Part shown: positions 63,298 through 64,000 of the stretch, in pieces
Position numbering within the stretch: position 1 is the stretch's first letter
How the letters are laid out: every line of letters starts with the position of its first letter
Origin: a virus
Lineage: Duplodnaviria; Caudoviricetes
DNA length: 64,000 nucleotides
IMG/VR virus record: IMGVR_UViG_3300005439_000018
Location: 13,297-77,296 of that record
Direction: 5' to 3' (one strand)
The notes under the pieces: model-generated
Database searches by the model: none
What the model saw: only the letters and a program-made list of their open reading frames with translations
Told to the model about the DNA's origin: nothing
Position numbers and translations under genes: made by a program

Positions 63298-64000
63298 GTG
63301 AGGTCCTTCGCGATCTTGCGGTAGCGGTCCAGGATGTCGGTGGCGCGCACGGCGTCACCCTGCGGGTAGAACGTGTAGTGGCTGACCAGCGCGTCGCCGA
63401 CAATCACGTTGTCCTTGCCGACCAGCGGCGGCCGGTGCACCGTGATCCAGTGCTCCTCTTCCGGGTAGTCCAGCACCCCGGGCGGGTTGAGCGTCATGAA
63501 GTCGGCGCCGTCGATCACATGGCAGCTGACGCTGAACTGCTGGCGCGGCGCCAGCGGGAAGTTCTGGTAGAAGTAGACGTCCTTGGGGTCGCCGTCCTCA
63601 ATCAGGCCCAGCAGCAGCCGGTGGATCTTCACGGCGAAATCGCCGTCCCCCCACCCGACCGGGTCCATGCAGAACGGCGACTGCACGACCCCGAACTCCT
63701 TCGGGATCTTGCCCAGCTTCTGGGCGTACCAGCTGGTGATGGCGTTGTTCCACATCAACGCGAAGCACGCCAACGTCCCGGGCAGGCCGATCTTCGCCTT
63801 GCACAGGTTGTCCACGGCGTCCTCGTGCACGTACACGATGTCGTCGTCGAACCGGAAGAACAGGGTGTCCGGGTCGGCCATGTGCCGGTACGCGTAGCCG
63901 GTGTTGCGCTGCTTGGGCTGGAGCCGGGGCAGCCCCGGGTGCCGCTTCTTGAGCTGGATCCACGGGTACCGCCGGGCCAGCTTGTACGCGTACGCCAGGT
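63294..64000 (-). CDS. GT-A fold glycosyltransferase-like protein, 5' truncated by the window
   Basis: The frame is open to the window edge; FFRFDDDIVYV DxD motif. Confidence 0.7.
   Translation of the reverse strand, partial: LAYAYKLARRYPWIQLKKRHPGLPRLQPKQRNTGYAYRHMADPDTLFFRFDDDIVYVHEDAVDNLCKAKIGLPGTLACFALMWNNAITSWYAQKLGKIPKEFGVVQSPFCMDPVGWGDGDFAVKIHRLLLGLIEDGDPKDVYFYQNFPLAPRQQFSVSCHVIDGADFMTLNPPGVLDYPEEEHWITVHRPPLVGKDNVIVGDALVSHYTFYPQGDAVRATDILDRYRKIAKDLT

Noticed and set aside
185-63963. Many long overlapping or antisense ORFs in the track (e.g. 195-2648, 41947-44073, 44055-46331)
   Set aside because: They are shadow ORFs of high-GC coding sequence: Arg/Pro/Gly-rich, without motifs, and opposite or out of frame to well-supported genes.
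1-64000. Integrase, primase, att site or host genes
   Set aside because: None was recognised in this window, so temperate versus lytic lifestyle and prophage status cannot be called.

Overview
A 64 kb slice of a very GC-rich actinobacteriophage or prophage with a siphovirus-type tail; a Streptomyces-like host is inferred. Left to right: a probable Y-RNA 3' end, tRNA-Asp and Ro60/TROVE; DinG helicase; DEDDh RNase; GH25 endolysin; family A DNA polymerase; five tandem small paralogs; RuvC-like resolvase; LAGLIDADG nuclease; a PurZ-family (2-aminoadenine) synthetase with nucleotide-pool genes; two leftward blocks of small genes behind near-identical sigma-70-type promoters; tRNA-Met and tRNA-Asn in a structured non-coding island; terminase, portal, two ADP-ribosyltransferases, MuF, scaffold, capsid, tail module; and a truncated glycosyltransferase. 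Main observations: (1) both free-standing homing endonuclease genes overlap a downstream gene broken by a tiny insertion. purZ has 7 nt (GAA-TTAC-GAG) that a Glu-to-Glu ribosome hop over a TTA codon would repair exactly; a small gene behind the HNH has 8 nt. (2) A probable Z-genome pathway. (3) A Ro60/Y-RNA/tRNA module. (4) About 14 promoters share a TTGnC-N5-GnCAA palindrome, and 7 share a covarying AGGGG-loop leader hairpin. (5) Roughly 35-40 copies of a strand-biased GG(A/C)GGGGTGGTG(T/C) motif. All family assignments come from reading motifs by eye; no database searches were run.
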